Origin: an uncultured delta proteobacterium
Lineage (GTDB): Bacteria; Desulfobacterota; Binatia; Binatales; Binataceae
Assembly (NCBI GenBank): GCA_963808235.1
Contig: CAWEEQ010000004.1
Location: 1,856,001-1,920,000, forward strand
Direction of reading: 5' to 3'
Length of the DNA stretch: 64,000 nt
Shown piece by piece: positions 1-11,090 of this stretch (position 1 is its first letter; each line of letters opens with the position of its first letter). The notes beneath the pieces were generated by a model, which did no database searches, was not told the DNA's origin, and saw nothing but the letters and a program-made list of their open reading frames with translations. The translations under genes were made by a program, and so were the position numbers.

Positions 1-97
1 CCGGATTTGATCCAGTCCCACGATGGCCTTTCGGCCTTCGACCACGTTCCGCTAGATCAATCACATTCATCGAAAAGGAAGGCTGCATGAGGCCTAT

Positions 98-163
98 ATG
101 TATCTTTCAGTTGGCGGAATCGTTTTAGTCGTGGTCGTCCTCTACTTGCTGGGCATCATCTGA
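98..163 (+). CDS. Small hydrophobic membrane peptide (21 aa, MYLSVGGIVLVVVVLYLLGII)
   Basis: Hand translation ATG98..TGA163. GAGG lies just upstream and the whole ORF is one transmembrane helix. It is too short for the ORF track. Confidence 0.55.
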   Translation: MYLSVGGIVLVVVVLYLLGII

Positions 164-231
164 GAAAGTGAGCATCCAACATGTCAGCTCGGATAGCGCC
201 AGGCGGGCGGTTAGTTCGTGAGCTATATGAC

Positions 232-1473
232 TTAGGCGGTAGCCGGGACTGGCTCTGCCGTCTGCCGCGATTGCTCTGATTCGAGTGAGCGACATGAGTA
301 GGTGACCGCGGCGCCGGCGAGGCACATCAGGACGAAGACTTCGAAGGCGAGCGTGTAGCTGCCGCTCAGATCGTAAATCTCGCCCGCGCCGACCGGACCG
401 ACGAAGGCGCCGAGGGTGTTGAAGATGCCGGTGATTCCGCCGATCGAGCCGAAGCGCTTGAGTCCGAGCGACTCCGCCACCAGCATCGGAACCAGGACCA
501 GCGGTGCGCCGAGCGTGAGTCCGAAGATCAGCACGAACGGGATCAGCACGGCAGTTCGCGCCGCGTCGAATATCAGGAGCATCCCGACGCATGCTGCGAT
601 GAAATTGACGGTCAGCGCGATTCGCGCGCTAACGCGATCGGCAAACAGGCCCATCGCAAGTTTGCCAAAACCGGCAAACACCAAAACCAGGCTCATCATG
701 CCGGCGGCGAATGACGGGGTGTACCCGAGTTCGGTGAGATAGGTGATCAGATGCAAGCCCGCGCCGGCTGCGACTGCGGCGAAGAAGAACTGCGCCGCCG
801 AAATCATCCAAAATGAACGCGTGCGCATCGCTTCGCTCATTTCAAAGCCGGGCAGTGCGTCGCTCGCCTGCGCCACGCTGACGCCCTCGGCCTGCGGCGG
901 CCGGGTCCGCACCACGATGATTATCAACGGGATAACGATGACGAACATCGGGATTGCGAGCGTGACGTAGCCTGCACGCCATCCGCCGTGCGCGATCGCG
1001 ACGTTGCCAACCATCGTCATAGCAGCGCCGCCGAGCGAAGTGCCCGCGAACGTGAGACCCATCGCGAGTCCGCGCCGCGCGCCGAACCAGTTCGCGATCA
1101 CGAGCGAACAAGGGAGCAGCGTCGATGCACCGATGCCGACGCCGAGCATCACATAGGCGCCGAACAGCGGGCCGAATGAATCGACGCGGCTAGCAATCAG
1201 AAAAGCGGATCCGGTCATCACGGCGCCGGCGACCATCACGATGCGCGCCTCGACGCGATCGAGAAGCCATCCGACGAGCGGAGCGCTGAGGCCCGCGGAG
1301 AGCGGCAGCGCGGCGCCCTGCAAGGTCGAGAGCCGGGCGCGCTTCCATCCGAAATATTTCAGCAGATGCGGGAAAAACAGGCCGCCGGTGTTGTAGCCGG
1401 AGCCGAACACGAAGACCAGCACCACGAAGAGGCTGGCGACGATGATCCATCCCTGTCGTTCTCTAGCCGTCAT
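232..1473 (-). CDS. MFS transporter (OFA/MCT-like)
   Basis: 413 aa, about 12 hydrophobic segments, motif A GWLLDRVEAR and GLFADRVSAR. Confidence 0.9.
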   Translation of the reverse strand: MTARERQGWIIVASLFVVLVFVFGSGYNTGGLFFPHLLKYFGWKRARLSTLQGAALPLSAGLSAPLVGWLLDRVEARIVMVAGAVMTGSAFLIASRVDSFGPLFGAYVMLGVGIGASTLLPCSLVIANWFGARRGLAMGLTFAGTSLGGAAMTMVGNVAIAHGGWRAGYVTLAIPMFVIVIPLIIIVVRTRPPQAEGVSVAQASDALPGFEMSEAMRTRSFWMISAAQFFFAAVAAGAGLHLITYLTELGYTPSFAAGMMSLVLVFAGFGKLAMGLFADRVSARIALTVNFIAACVGMLLIFDAARTAVLIPFVLIFGLTLGAPLVLVPMLVAESLGLKRFGSIGGITGIFNTLGAFVGPVGAGEIYDLSGSYTLAFEVFVLMCLAGAAVTYSCRSLESEQSRQTAEPVPATA

Positions 1474-1537
1474 CCGAAATACTCCCTTGGTGAAGACTTA
1501 TAGCGACAAGGACGCGGGATCGTCGAGAGCGAAAGTA

Positions 1538-2209
1538 CTACTCGAGAGCGCTGGTCGGGATGAAGCCTTCGAGTCCGCTCTTCATTTTGATTCTCATGTA
1601 GTTGAGCGCGACGCCTATGACATGCACGTTGTGGGTCTTGTGAACCTCGGCGAGTTTCTTGCCCCATCGGTTGGGCTTGTCGAGTACCGCCGCGTCGCGG
1701 GTGAGCACGAACACTTTGTCGGCCGGAGTGAAGAGCGAGACCGCTGACGGATCGAGATAGCCGGTCTCTCCGTCCTTGAGCCTCACCTGCAAGAAGTAGT
1801 GGGTCGAACCGGTCACGTTCACGAACTTATCTTTGACCACATGCTCGAGTTGTTTGGATTTTTTTGATGGTGCGGAATAGACCCACGAATCCTCTACCAA
1901 CTTGAGCCGGCCCTCAGCCGGTTCGACTTCGGGTGCGCGACTAGCCCGCGCCATCCGATGATGTGTCGAGGGCTTCGATTTCGCCGCGGGCGCGGTAGGA
2001 GTTACGACGCCGGCAGGGGCCAGAGTGCTCTCGGAGGACGGCGACTTGGCTGCGGCAGGCGCGCCCTCGCCACCGGAGGGAACAATCGATGTTGCGGGAA
2101 CGTCTTCCTCAGTGCCGGCGGCATACGTCGACGCTGAGATCGCCAGGGTTGCGATTGCCAGCAGGATCAATCCGGATGTTCTCGCACCGCTTAAGCCACT
2201 TCGAACCAT
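1538..2209 (-). CDS. Secreted protein with a Pro/Ala/Ser linker and two SH3b-like domains
   Basis: Signal-like LILLAIATLAISASTYA. Two repeats end in QVRLKDGETGYL and RIKMKSGLEGFI. Start placed at ATG 2209, after GAGGAG. Confidence 0.7.
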   Translation of the reverse strand: MVRSGLSGARTSGLILLAIATLAISASTYAAGTEEDVPATSIVPSGGEGAPAAAKSPSSESTLAPAGVVTPTAPAAKSKPSTHHRMARASRAPEVEPAEGRLKLVEDSWVYSAPSKKSKQLEHVVKDKFVNVTGSTHYFLQVRLKDGETGYLDPSAVSLFTPADKVFVLTRDAAVLDKPNRWGKKLAEVHKTHNVHVIGVALNYMRIKMKSGLEGFIPTSALE

Positions 2210-2249
2210 ACTGCTCCGCTCCTCTGCTTTCGCTTTCAACACGATCATT

Positions 2250-4001
2250 TTAACACGCTCCGCACACGGTGCATCTTTCGACGTCACAGGGCGGGCTCTG
2301 ATGCTCGTGATGCGCCTTCTTGCGCTCCGCGAGCAGAAACCATTTGAAGATGTGGTGATCGATAAAGTCCCACGGCAACAGCTCGTCATCGGCGTAGTGC
2401 CGGGTGACGAAAAAGTCGGGATCGGGTAAATCGGAATTTCCGTCTTCGACTTCGCGATGAATCTTCACCAGCTCATGCCAGATGGGACCGGCGCCGTCGC
2501 ATCCGGCGGCTTCGAGCCGTTCGAGGATAGCGCCGATACGACGATCGCCGCGGGAAACCATGGTCTGGAAATACGCCTCGCGCGGCGATTCGGCGTCGAG
2601 CTCGACCTGTCCCAGGCGCGTGAGCCGCGCGCGGAGGATCGCGACCTTGTGCTTGATCGATCGCGCGTCTTGCATCGGGTCCCACTGAAACGGAGTCCAC
2701 GGCTTGGGCACGAAGGGATTCAGCGACACGGTCACACTGCCGATGCGAGTGCGGCGGGCGCGGGCGCGTTCGAGCACCTTGGCAACGAGATCCGCGATCG
2801 CGAGCACGTCTTCGTCGTGCTCCTCGGGCAGTCCGATCATGAAATAAAATTTGAGATTGCCGACGCCCTCGCCGAGCATCACCTCGGCGGCGTGCAATAT
2901 CTCAGCCTCGGTAAGATTCTTGTTGATGACTTTGCGCATCCGCTCGCTGCCGGCTTCAGGAGCCACCGTCACACTCTGATTTCCGCCGCGAGCTAGCGCA
3001 GAAGCGAGCGCGGGAGATATGCAGTCGGCCTTCAACGACGATGGCGAAAGGCGTCCGCCGCGATCAACGACGGCCGAAGCGATCTCCGCGACTCCGGGCA
3101 CGCTCGCCATCTCGGCGCCGACTAGGCCGATCACATTTCGCTCGGTGAGACCGCGCTCGGCCTCGCCGATGAGATTGTTCGGCGCGCGATAGCGAATCGG
3201 CCGATACATGAAGCCGGCAGCACAGAAGCGGCATCCCCACTGGCATCCGCGGCTGGCCTCGACCAGGAACATGTCGCCGAAAACCGACTCCTCGGTGAGT
3301 ATCAGCGACGAAGTGGTGAAGCGGTTCAGATCGCGAATCAAGCGGCGATTCACCTGCTCGCGGCCGGGTCCAAGGTAGTTCACAGTCGCGAGGCGGCCGG
3401 CGTCGTCATAGACGGGCGCGTAAAATTCGGGAAGGTAGCTGCCCTCGACGGTTGCTAGTTCATGGAGTCGATTCGACGAGCCGCGGGTCTCGTTCCAGCG
3501 CGCGAGGAACTCGGGCACCATTTCCTCGCCCTCGCCAATGAGGAACAGATCGATAAAGTCGGCGATAGGCTCGGGATTCAGAAATACGGCGGAGCCGCCC
3601 GCGATGATCGTCGGAAAATTGCGGCCGGCGCGGTCGGCACGACGAGTCGGAATCCCCGCCATCTTGAGGACGCTGAGCACGTTCAGATAGTCAGTCTCGA
3701 AAGAAATAGAAAACGCGAGGATGTCGAAATCCGAAAGCGGACGACCGCGCTCGAACGAGACCAGGCGCTCGCCGGCGCGGAAATTCTCGCGCTCGTCAGC
3801 GTCAGGCAAAAATGCTCGATCAGCGGCAACACTCGGATCTGTTTCGAAGATATGAAAGATAGCCTGGAAGCCCAGGTTGGCCATCCCGAGCCGATAGTAA
3901 TTCGGATAGATGACGCAGACGGAGATGTCGCCGCCGGGGCTGCGCTCGTAGAGAACTTTTTCGCGCGCGATGCGCTCGAGGGCGCGCTTACGCGGATACA
4001 T
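2250..4001 (-). CDS. B12-binding-domain radical SAM protein (TIGR03960-like)
   Basis: EASRGCQWGCRFC (CxxxCxxC), N-terminal YPNYYRLGMANLG, APEAGSERMR, C-terminal CxxxxCxxCGAC. Confidence 0.85.
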   Translation of the reverse strand: MYPRKRALERIAREKVLYERSPGGDISVCVIYPNYYRLGMANLGFQAIFHIFETDPSVAADRAFLPDADERENFRAGERLVSFERGRPLSDFDILAFSISFETDYLNVLSVLKMAGIPTRRADRAGRNFPTIIAGGSAVFLNPEPIADFIDLFLIGEGEEMVPEFLARWNETRGSSNRLHELATVEGSYLPEFYAPVYDDAGRLATVNYLGPGREQVNRRLIRDLNRFTTSSLILTEESVFGDMFLVEASRGCQWGCRFCAAGFMYRPIRYRAPNNLIGEAERGLTERNVIGLVGAEMASVPGVAEIASAVVDRGGRLSPSSLKADCISPALASALARGGNQSVTVAPEAGSERMRKVINKNLTEAEILHAAEVMLGEGVGNLKFYFMIGLPEEHDEDVLAIADLVAKVLERARARRTRIGSVTVSLNPFVPKPWTPFQWDPMQDARSIKHKVAILRARLTRLGQVELDAESPREAYFQTMVSRGDRRIGAILERLEAAGCDGAGPIWHELVKIHREVEDGNSDLPDPDFFVTRHYADDELLPWDFIDHHIFKWFLLAERKKAHHEHQSPPCDVERCTVCGAC

Positions 4002-4079
4002 TCGGCGACTCCAGCATGACCATACAGAGTATCGCCGCGCCGATAGCACGCTCAAGAGGAGTGCCGAAGCCGTTGGGAC

Positions 4080-4889
4080 TCAGCGCTTCCACGCCATGTA
4101 CGCGAAAAACTCTGGTGGTTCTCCCTTGAGAATGCCGGACGGCTCGACGGCAAGAATCGCGGCGCGCAGGTCGCGCTCGAACGCGTCAACGCGGTCGCCG
4201 AGCACGCGCCGGCTGCAGAAGGACATCGAGTAGAGATTTCCGATGATCGAGTCGATGGTCCATTCGACATCGAAGGATTCCACGTAGCTGGCGACATCTC
4301 TGAAACGTGAACGCGCCAGGTATGCCTCGTGACGTTCCTCGGGTGGCGGATCGGGATGATCCCAGGACAGCCGGCGGTCGGGCAAATAGCGCTTCAGCAC
4401 CGTGTTGATCGCCGCGCGCCATCGCGTTGGAGGCGGAGGAGGAATCGGGGCGCCCTCGCCCACCACCGCGATGCCTCCGCCGTCCGTGACGAGATCGTAG
4501 AGTGCGTCGAGAGTGCGGGTGCGATCCATCCAATGAAACGAGTTGCCCATCGTGACGAGGCGGAACTGTCCCAGCGCGGGCGACAAATCTCTCGAGCCAC
4601 CGAATCGCCACTCGATATTGCCGATGCCGCGTTCACGTGCGATGCGCTCGCCCTCGGCGCGCATAGCATCATCGGGATCCATCGCGAGGACTTCTTCGAA
4701 GAGATGCGCCAGCGCAATCGCGACGGGACCGGGGCCGCATCCCAGATCGAGCAGCCTGCCGGTGCCGTCAAGTCGAAAACGGTCGCGCAGAATCCTGACG
4801 AGCGAGGGCGGATACTTGGGGCGATACCGCGAGTAATACCAGGCGGTGCCTTCGTAAATGGTCAGATCGTACTTGCCGGTTTCACTCAC
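4080..4889 (-). CDS. Class I SAM-dependent methyltransferase
   Basis: [18 protein letters not shown] motif I, SFHWMDR. Confidence 0.88.
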   Translation of the reverse strand: MSETGKYDLTIYEGTAWYYSRYRPKYPPSLVRILRDRFRLDGTGRLLDLGCGPGPVAIALAHLFEEVLAMDPDDAMRAEGERIARERGIGNIEWRFGGSRDLSPALGQFRLVTMGNSFHWMDRTRTLDALYDLVTDGGGIAVVGEGAPIPPPPPTRWRAAINTVLKRYLPDRRLSWDHPDPPPEERHEAYLARSRFRDVASYVESFDVEWTIDSIIGNLYSMSFCSRRVLGDRVDAFERDLRAAILAVEPSGILKGEPPEFFAYMAWKR

Positions 4890-5768
4890 GCTGGAGGACG
4901 GCTCAAATCCGCGATTCGGTCGGGGCGGGTGTAGATGTTGAAGCTTCCGTCGCGGAGGAAGCCGATCAACGTGGTTCCGATTTCATCTGCCAGGTCGACT
5001 GCGAGCGACGATGGCGCCGACACCGCCGCCAGGATCGGCACGCCGCCTGCCGCCGCCTTCTGCACGATTTCGAAGCTCAGCCGTCCGCTGACCATCATGA
5101 TGTGGCGAGCTGAGCGGGAGCATCGCGTTGGTCAGCGCGTAGCCGACCAGCTTGTCGACCGCGTTGTGGCGGCCGACGTCCTCGCGGATGGCGCGCATCG
5201 TGCCGTCGAGATCGAAGATCGCGGCGCCGTGGAGTCCTCCGGTAGACGCAAACACGCGCTGGCCTTGGCGAAGCTGTGCGGCGAGCGCGAGCAGAGTTGC
5301 CGGCGTCACTCGCGCGGAGTCTGACGGGGGCATCACGCGGCGGCGAATCGAATCGATACTGGTCTTGCCGCATACGCCGCAGCTCGAGCTCATGACGAAG
5401 TTGCGCTTGAGCCGGGTGCGGAGGCCATCGGCCGGGACATTCAGAATGATGTCAATTGCGTTCGGTTCCGGAGCGCCCTTGCGCCCGCGCACGCGGCGAA
5501 TCTCGCCAAGCTCGCTCGCGTCATTGATAAAGCCTTCGGCGAAGAGAAATCCGGCGGCGAGTTCTTCGTCGTTGCCCGGAGTGCGCATGGTAAGCGTGAA
5601 GCGACGTCCGCCGAGGCGAATTTCCAGCGGCTCTTCGACGGCGAGCTTTTCGATGCGCTCGCGATCGCGCCGTCGCGCCATTTGAGCGCGCCTCGCTTCC
5701 CGGATCTCGTCGTGCGCTTCGCCGCTCGCCGGATCGGAGTCCGCGCCGTAAGTTGGATCGCTTTTCAT
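4886..5768 (-). CDS. fdhD: Formate dehydrogenase accessory sulfurtransferase FdhD/FdsC (frameshifted in this sequence)
   Basis: [31 protein letters not shown] and [12 protein letters not shown] are in one frame. [12 protein letters not shown]...SAPSSLAV continues in another frame after a 1-nt indel near 5108. Confidence 0.9.
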
Positions 5769-6014
5769 CCTTCGCCAACGTCTTCGGATTCGTCAGCGCG
5801 CACGCGCGGGAGCGCGAGAACCGCCTCGCGCACAAGGGGCTTGAGTTCGTCGCCACCGCGCGCGACGTAGCTGATGATCTCGTGGCGCATCCGCACTTCC
5901 CAGAAATTGCGCAGATGGTTCGCGATGCCGCCGACGGCTTCGTCGTGAGCCGGGTATCCGGCGAAGTATGCGCCGATATCGTTGGCCATCATGACGAGGT
6001 GGTCGAATGTCCGT
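5765..6014 (-). CDS. fdsD: NAD-dependent formate dehydrogenase delta subunit (start approximate)
   Basis: HLVMMANDIGAYF...IANHLRNFWEVRMR...LKPLVREAV. Confidence 0.85.
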
Positions 6015-6019
6015 GGTTT

Positions 6020-8831
6020 CGTGATCGTGACGGCCGCGACCGCCGGGCGCATGCGATTGCGCCGCGTACGGAGCGACCTGCACCGCAGTCACTTTGTATT
6101 CGGGGCAGTTGGTCGCCCAGTCCGAATGCTCGGACATCAGGTCATTGGTGCGCGACTCCGGATGATGAAACGTGGTGTAAACGACGCCGGGTTGCACGCG
6201 CTCCGTGACGAGCGCATGGAGACGCTGTTTCGCCGCGGCGGGCCCGCACTTGGAGCCAATCGCCGTCGCGAATGCCGCGCAGTTCGGCGTCATGCGGATG
6301 AATCTCGAGTCAGATCCTCCGCGTGCATCGCGCCATTCGGAGTGCGCCGCGTCTGAGTACCTACATTGTACTGACTGAGTATTCGGCCAGTAGTCAGAAG
6401 CAGTGGATATTCTGTATTAGTGCGCTCATCAGTGGGTATGTACTCGGTAATGGTGAATTTACCCTTGCCGCGCACGAACTCGCCGATATGCATGACCGGT
6501 GTTCCCTCCGGCGCGCGATCGTTGCACGGCCATTGCACTGAGCCCAATCGATCGATCTTGTCGTAGCTGACGCCGGAGAATGTCGGTGTCAGCCGCGCGA
6601 TCTCGTCCATGATTTCCGACGGATGCGAATACTTCATCGGATAGCCGAGCGCTGCCGAGAGTTCACAAGTGATCTCCCAATCTTCTTTCCCCGCGAGCGG
6701 CGCGGTGACCTTGCGGACCATCGAGATTCGCCGCTCGCTGTTGGTGAAAGTGCCGTTCTTTTCCAGAAACGACGAGCCCGGCAAAAACACGTGCGCGTAT
6801 TTCGCAGTCTCGTTCATGAACAAGATCCTGCACGATGACGCATTCCATCGCGCTAAGCGCGTTGGTGACGTGCTCTCCCCCGGGCTCGGATTGCGCAACG
6901 TCTTCGCCCTCGACGTAGAGGCCTTTGAAGGTGCCCTCGAGCGCCGCGTCGAACATGTTCGGGATGCGTAGGCCGGGTTCGGGATCGATCGCGCACGTCC
7001 CAGGCGTCGGCAAACGCTGCGCGAACCGACCGGATCGGAAATGTGGCGGTAGCCGCTCAGCTCATGCGGGAACGAACCCATGTCGCAGGAACCCTGCACG
7101 TTGTTCTGGCCGCGGAGCGGATTCACGCCGACGCCGAGCCGGCCGATATTTCCGGTCGCCATCGCGAGGTTCGCGATCCCTAGCACCATAGTGCTGCCCT
7201 GGCTATGCTCGGTGACACCGAGCCCATAGTAAATTGCGGCGTTCGGCGCGCTCGCGTACATCCGCGCGGCGGCGCGAATTTTGTCGGCGGGCACGCCAGT
7301 GATTTTCTCGGCTGCGTCGGGCGAGTTGCGCTCCTCGGAGACGAACTTTTTCCACGCATCGAACTCGTGCGGATCGCATCGCTCGGCGACGAACTCCTCG
7401 TCGGTCGAGACCCTCGACGACCACCACGTATGCGAGTGCATTGATCAGCGCAACATTGGTGCCGGGTTTGAGTTGCAGATGATACGACGCGGATACGTGC
7501 GGCAGTCGCACAATCTCGGTGACGCGCGGATCGGCGACGATCAACTTGGCGCGCTCGCGAAGCCGGCGCTTCATTTGCGCCGCGAATACCGGATGCCCTT
7601 CGGTGACGTTGGCGCCGATCACCAGGATGACGTCGGCATGCATCACCGATTCGAAGTCCTGGGTCGTCGCGGAAGTGCCAAACGCGGTCTTGAGGCCATA
7701 GCCGGTGGGCGAATGACAAACCCGCGCGCAGGTATCGACGTTGTTGTTGCCGAACGCTGCCCGCACCAGTTTCTGGACGAGAAACGTTTCCTCGTTGGTG
7801 CATCGCGAGGACGTGATCGCGCCCACTGCGCCGCGTCCGTGCTTTTCCTGGATGCGCTTGAACTCCGCGGCCGCGTATTCGATCGCCTCGTGCCATGACA
7901 CTTCCCGCCACGGCTGATCGATCGACCTGCGAATCATCGGGCTGCGTGACGCGATCGGGATGAGTCGCATAACCCCATGCGAAACGGCCCTTGACGCATG
8001 AATGGCCGTGATTGGCCTGCCCGTTGGGATTCGGAACCATCCGCGAAACGAAGTCGCCCTTCATCTCGGCGCGGAACGAGCATCCGACCCCGCAATATCC
8101 GCAGGTGGTGACGACGCTGTGCTCGGCCTGGCCGAGTTCGATCACTGATTTTTCCATCAGCGTCGCGGTCGGACAGGCTTGCACGCACGCTCCGCAGGAT
8201 ACGCATTCCGACGCGGCGAACGAGCCGTTCTGTCCCGGTGAAATTACCGAGCCGAAGCCGCGCCCGTCGATCGTGAGAGCGTAGGTGCCCTGGATTTCCT
8301 CGCACGCGCGGACGCATCGCGAGCACACGATGCATTTCGACGGATCGAAAGTGAAATACGGATTCGATTCGATCCTTGCTCCGCGTGCAGATGATTCGCG
8401 CCAGGCCGGTAGCGCACTTCGCGCAGTCCGACCGCGCCCGCCATGTCCTGCAACTCGCAATTGCCGTTGGCGGAACAGGTCAGGCAGTCGAGCGGATGAT
8501 CGGAAATGTAGAGCTCCATCACGCCGCGACGAAGCCGTGCGAGCGCGGGACTCTCGGTGCGGACTTTCATTCCCGCGCGCACGGGCGTGGTGCACGATGC
8601 CGGATATCCGCGCTGGCCTTCGACCTCGACCAGGCACAGCCGGCACGATCCGAACGGTTCGAGCGAATCCGTCGCGCAGAGTTTGGGGACGTGGATTCCG
8701 GCCTCGTCGGCGGCGCGAATCACTGAGGTGCCGTCGGGCACGGTGACCACACGCCCGTCGATCTCCAGCGAGACTGTGTTCGCGCCGGCGCGAAGCGGCG
8801 TCGCAAAATCGCTATCGGCTCGCGATCTCAT
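6020..8831 (-). CDS. fdsA: NAD-dependent formate dehydrogenase alpha subunit (Mo-bis-MGD, Cys ligand), broken into several frames; 3' end approximate
   Basis: Consecutive fragments: PKLCATDSLEPFGSCRLC; CIVCSRCVRAC, CVSCGACVQACPT, CGYCGVGC; DTCARVCHSPT; PLRGQNNVQGSCDMG; LTTGRILSQYNVG; DWATNCPEYKVTAVQV. Confidence 0.92.
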
Positions 8832-10428
8832 TGGTGCCACCAGTTGCGGACTGCGAAACTGTCAGGTCTTGCGCGATGAAGTCAACGTCAGCCGGTTTGA
8901 GACCGAAATCTTCGGGAAAAAATTTGAGTGCGCTCAGAACCGGCAATGGGGTCAGGCCGCCGAGCAGGCAGAGCGAGCCGAACTTCAGCGTGTCGCAGAG
9001 ATCGCGCAGGATTTCGAGGCTCTCGCGCACGCGGCGGCGGTTGATGATGTCCTCGATCACCTCGGCGCCGCGAATCGATCCGATTCGGCACGGCGTGCAT
9101 TTTCCGCACGACTCGATCGCGCAGAACTCCATCGCGTAGCGCGCCATCCGCGCCATATCGACGCTGTCGTCAAAGACAACAATTCCGCCATGCCCAAGAA
9201 TTCCGCCGCGCGCCGCCATCGATTCGTAGTCGAGCGTGGTGTCGAGCATCGAGGCCGGAAAGTACGCTCCGAGCGGTCCTCCGACCTGCACGGCGCGAAC
9301 TGTTTTGCCGCTCGCAGTACCACCACCGTAGTCGTAAACAATCTCGCGGAGCGTCACGCCCATCGAGGTTTCGATAAGCCCTGGCCGCTTCGAGTTGCCG
9401 GCAAGTTGAATCGGAATCGTGCCGCGCGAATTGCCGGTGCCGAAGTCGCGATAGAAGTCGGCGCCACGCTCGAGAATAATCGGCACCGTCGCGAACGAGA
9501 TCACGTTGTTGATGACGGTCGGTTTGCCGAACAGCCCTTCGAGCGCCGGAAGCGGCGGTTTGAAGCGAACCATCCCGCGCCGCCCCTCGATACTTTCGAG
9601 CATCGCGGTTTCCTCACCGCAAATATACGCGCCCGCGCCGAGCCGAATCTCCAGATCGTAGGCGTTTCCGGAGCCGAGCACATTCGTTCCGAGATAGCCT
9701 TTCGAATGCGCCGCCGAGATTGCTTCGGTTAGCGCGCGGTGCGCATGCGGATACTCAGATCGCAAATAAATGTAGCCGCGCGTCGCGCCGGCCGCGATCG
9801 CGGCGATCGTCATCCCTTCGATCAGCACGAAGGGATCGCCCTCCATGATCATTCGATCGGAGAACGTGCCGGAGTCGCCTTCGTCGGCGTTGCACACGAC
9901 ATACTTCGGCGTCGCCGGGGCGTCGGCCGCGGTCTTCCACTTGATGCCGACCGGGAAACCTGCGCCGCCCCGCCCGCGGAGGCCCGACGCGGTAACCTCG
10001 GCGATGACCTCTTCGGGACGCATCTCGAGCGCGCGCTTGAGTCCGCGATAGCCGCCATGCGCGACGAAGTCGTCGAGCGAGACCGGATCGGTCACTCCGA
10101 CGCGCGCAAACGTGAGCCGGTTTTGCGATTTGAGCCATGGAATTTCGTCGACGCTTCCGAGCCGTAAACGATGCTCGCGGCCCGCTATAAAATCCGAATC
10201 GAATAGCGACGCCACGTCGGCCGCCGTTACCGGTCCATATGCGATTCGTTCCGCACTGGTCGCAACTTCGACCATCGGCTCGTGCGAGAACATCCCACGC
10301 GATCCGTTGCGCACTATCTTCACGTCGAGCTTGCGACGCGCGGCTTCGTCTCGGATAGAACTCGCGACGGAATCCGCGCCAAGCGAGACGGCGCTGGAAT
10401 CGCGTGGAATGTAGACGCTGGTCGTCAT
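8812..10428 (-). CDS. fdsB: Formate dehydrogenase beta subunit (NuoF-like FMN/NADH-binding)
   Basis: GLRGRGGAGFP, CNADEGDSGTFSDR, GAGAYICGEETA, ESCGKCTPCR. Confidence 0.95.
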   Translation of the reverse strand: MTTSVYIPRDSSAVSLGADSVASSIRDEAARRKLDVKIVRNGSRGMFSHEPMVEVATSAERIAYGPVTAADVASLFDSDFIAGREHRLRLGSVDEIPWLKSQNRLTFARVGVTDPVSLDDFVAHGGYRGLKRALEMRPEEVIAEVTASGLRGRGGAGFPVGIKWKTAADAPATPKYVVCNADEGDSGTFSDRMIMEGDPFVLIEGMTIAAIAAGATRGYIYLRSEYPHAHRALTEAISAAHSKGYLGTNVLGSGNAYDLEIRLGAGAYICGEETAMLESIEGRRGMVRFKPPLPALEGLFGKPTVINNVISFATVPIILERGADFYRDFGTGNSRGTIPIQLAGNSKRPGLIETSMGVTLREIVYDYGGGTASGKTVRAVQVGGPLGAYFPASMLDTTLDYESMAARGGILGHGGIVVFDDSVDMARMARYAMEFCAIESCGKCTPCRIGSIRGAEVIEDIINRRRVRESLEILRDLCDTLKFGSLCLLGGLTPLPVLSALKFFPEDFGLKPADVDFIAQDLTVSQSATGGTNEIASR

Positions 10429-10946
10429 TGCGATTCCCCGATGCGCTGCGGAAGTGCGGAAATGATTTCGTCGAAGCGCTTAGGCGTGACGCGGCCATGA
10501 ATATCCGTGCCGACGACGATCGCGGGTGAGCACGCGCAATTGCCAAGACAGTAGACCGGCTCGAGTGTGTAGGCACCATCGACGCTGGTCTGCCCGAATT
10601 CGACTCCGAGACGCTTTTGAATGTGAGTGGCAAGCTCAACAGCGCCCATCGCCTGGCACGACTCGGCACGGCAGACGCGAATTATGTTTCTACCCGGGGG
10701 CGCGGTGCGAAAATCATGGTAAAAACTGATGACTCCGTGAACCTCGGCGCGCGAAAGGTTCAGCGCATTCGCGATCGCCGGCACCGCGTCCGCCGGCACA
10801 TAGCCCAGGCGGTCTTGCACTGCGTGCAGAACCGGCATCAGTGCATCGGGCTTGTCGCCGACGCTCGCCATGATTTCGCCGATAGCGACCTCGATCGCAG
10901 CGCGATTGGACTCTGCGTGGCCGTTATCCGAATGCCTTGCGCTCAT
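10425..10946 (-). CDS. fdsG: Formate dehydrogenase gamma subunit (NuoE-like 2Fe-2S)
   Basis: LNLSRAEVHGVISFYHDF, CRAESC, CLGNCACSP; 4-nt overlap with fdsB. Confidence 0.95.
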   Translation of the reverse strand: MSARHSDNGHAESNRAAIEVAIGEIMASVGDKPDALMPVLHAVQDRLGYVPADAVPAIANALNLSRAEVHGVISFYHDFRTAPPGRNIIRVCRAESCQAMGAVELATHIQKRLGVEFGQTSVDGAYTLEPVYCLGNCACSPAIVVGTDIHGRVTPKRFDEIISALPQRIGESQ

Positions 10947-11027
10947 CGCTATTCCCTAAGCTCGCTATACCATGATTCTAACAGGGCAGGCATAAAGCCC
11001 AAGGGTGCTGCGAGGCTTGATTGTAGC

Positions 11028-11044
11028 AGTTGCATATTGCAACT
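11028..11044. promoter_or_regulatory. Palindromic operator candidate AGTTGCA-TAT-TGCAACT
   Basis: Perfect 7-bp inverted repeat in the AT-rich divergent gap between fdsG and the NarM-like gene. Confidence 0.45.
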
Positions 11045-11090
11045 TAGACATACCTTGGCGGCGCGAAAACTCGTCGATTGGGACCTATAG

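Noticed and set aside
7700-7750. Selenocysteine in the formate dehydrogenase alpha subunit
   Set aside because: The active-site segment reads CARVCHSPT with a Cys codon. The breaks in fdsA are frameshifts, not in-frame UGA codons.
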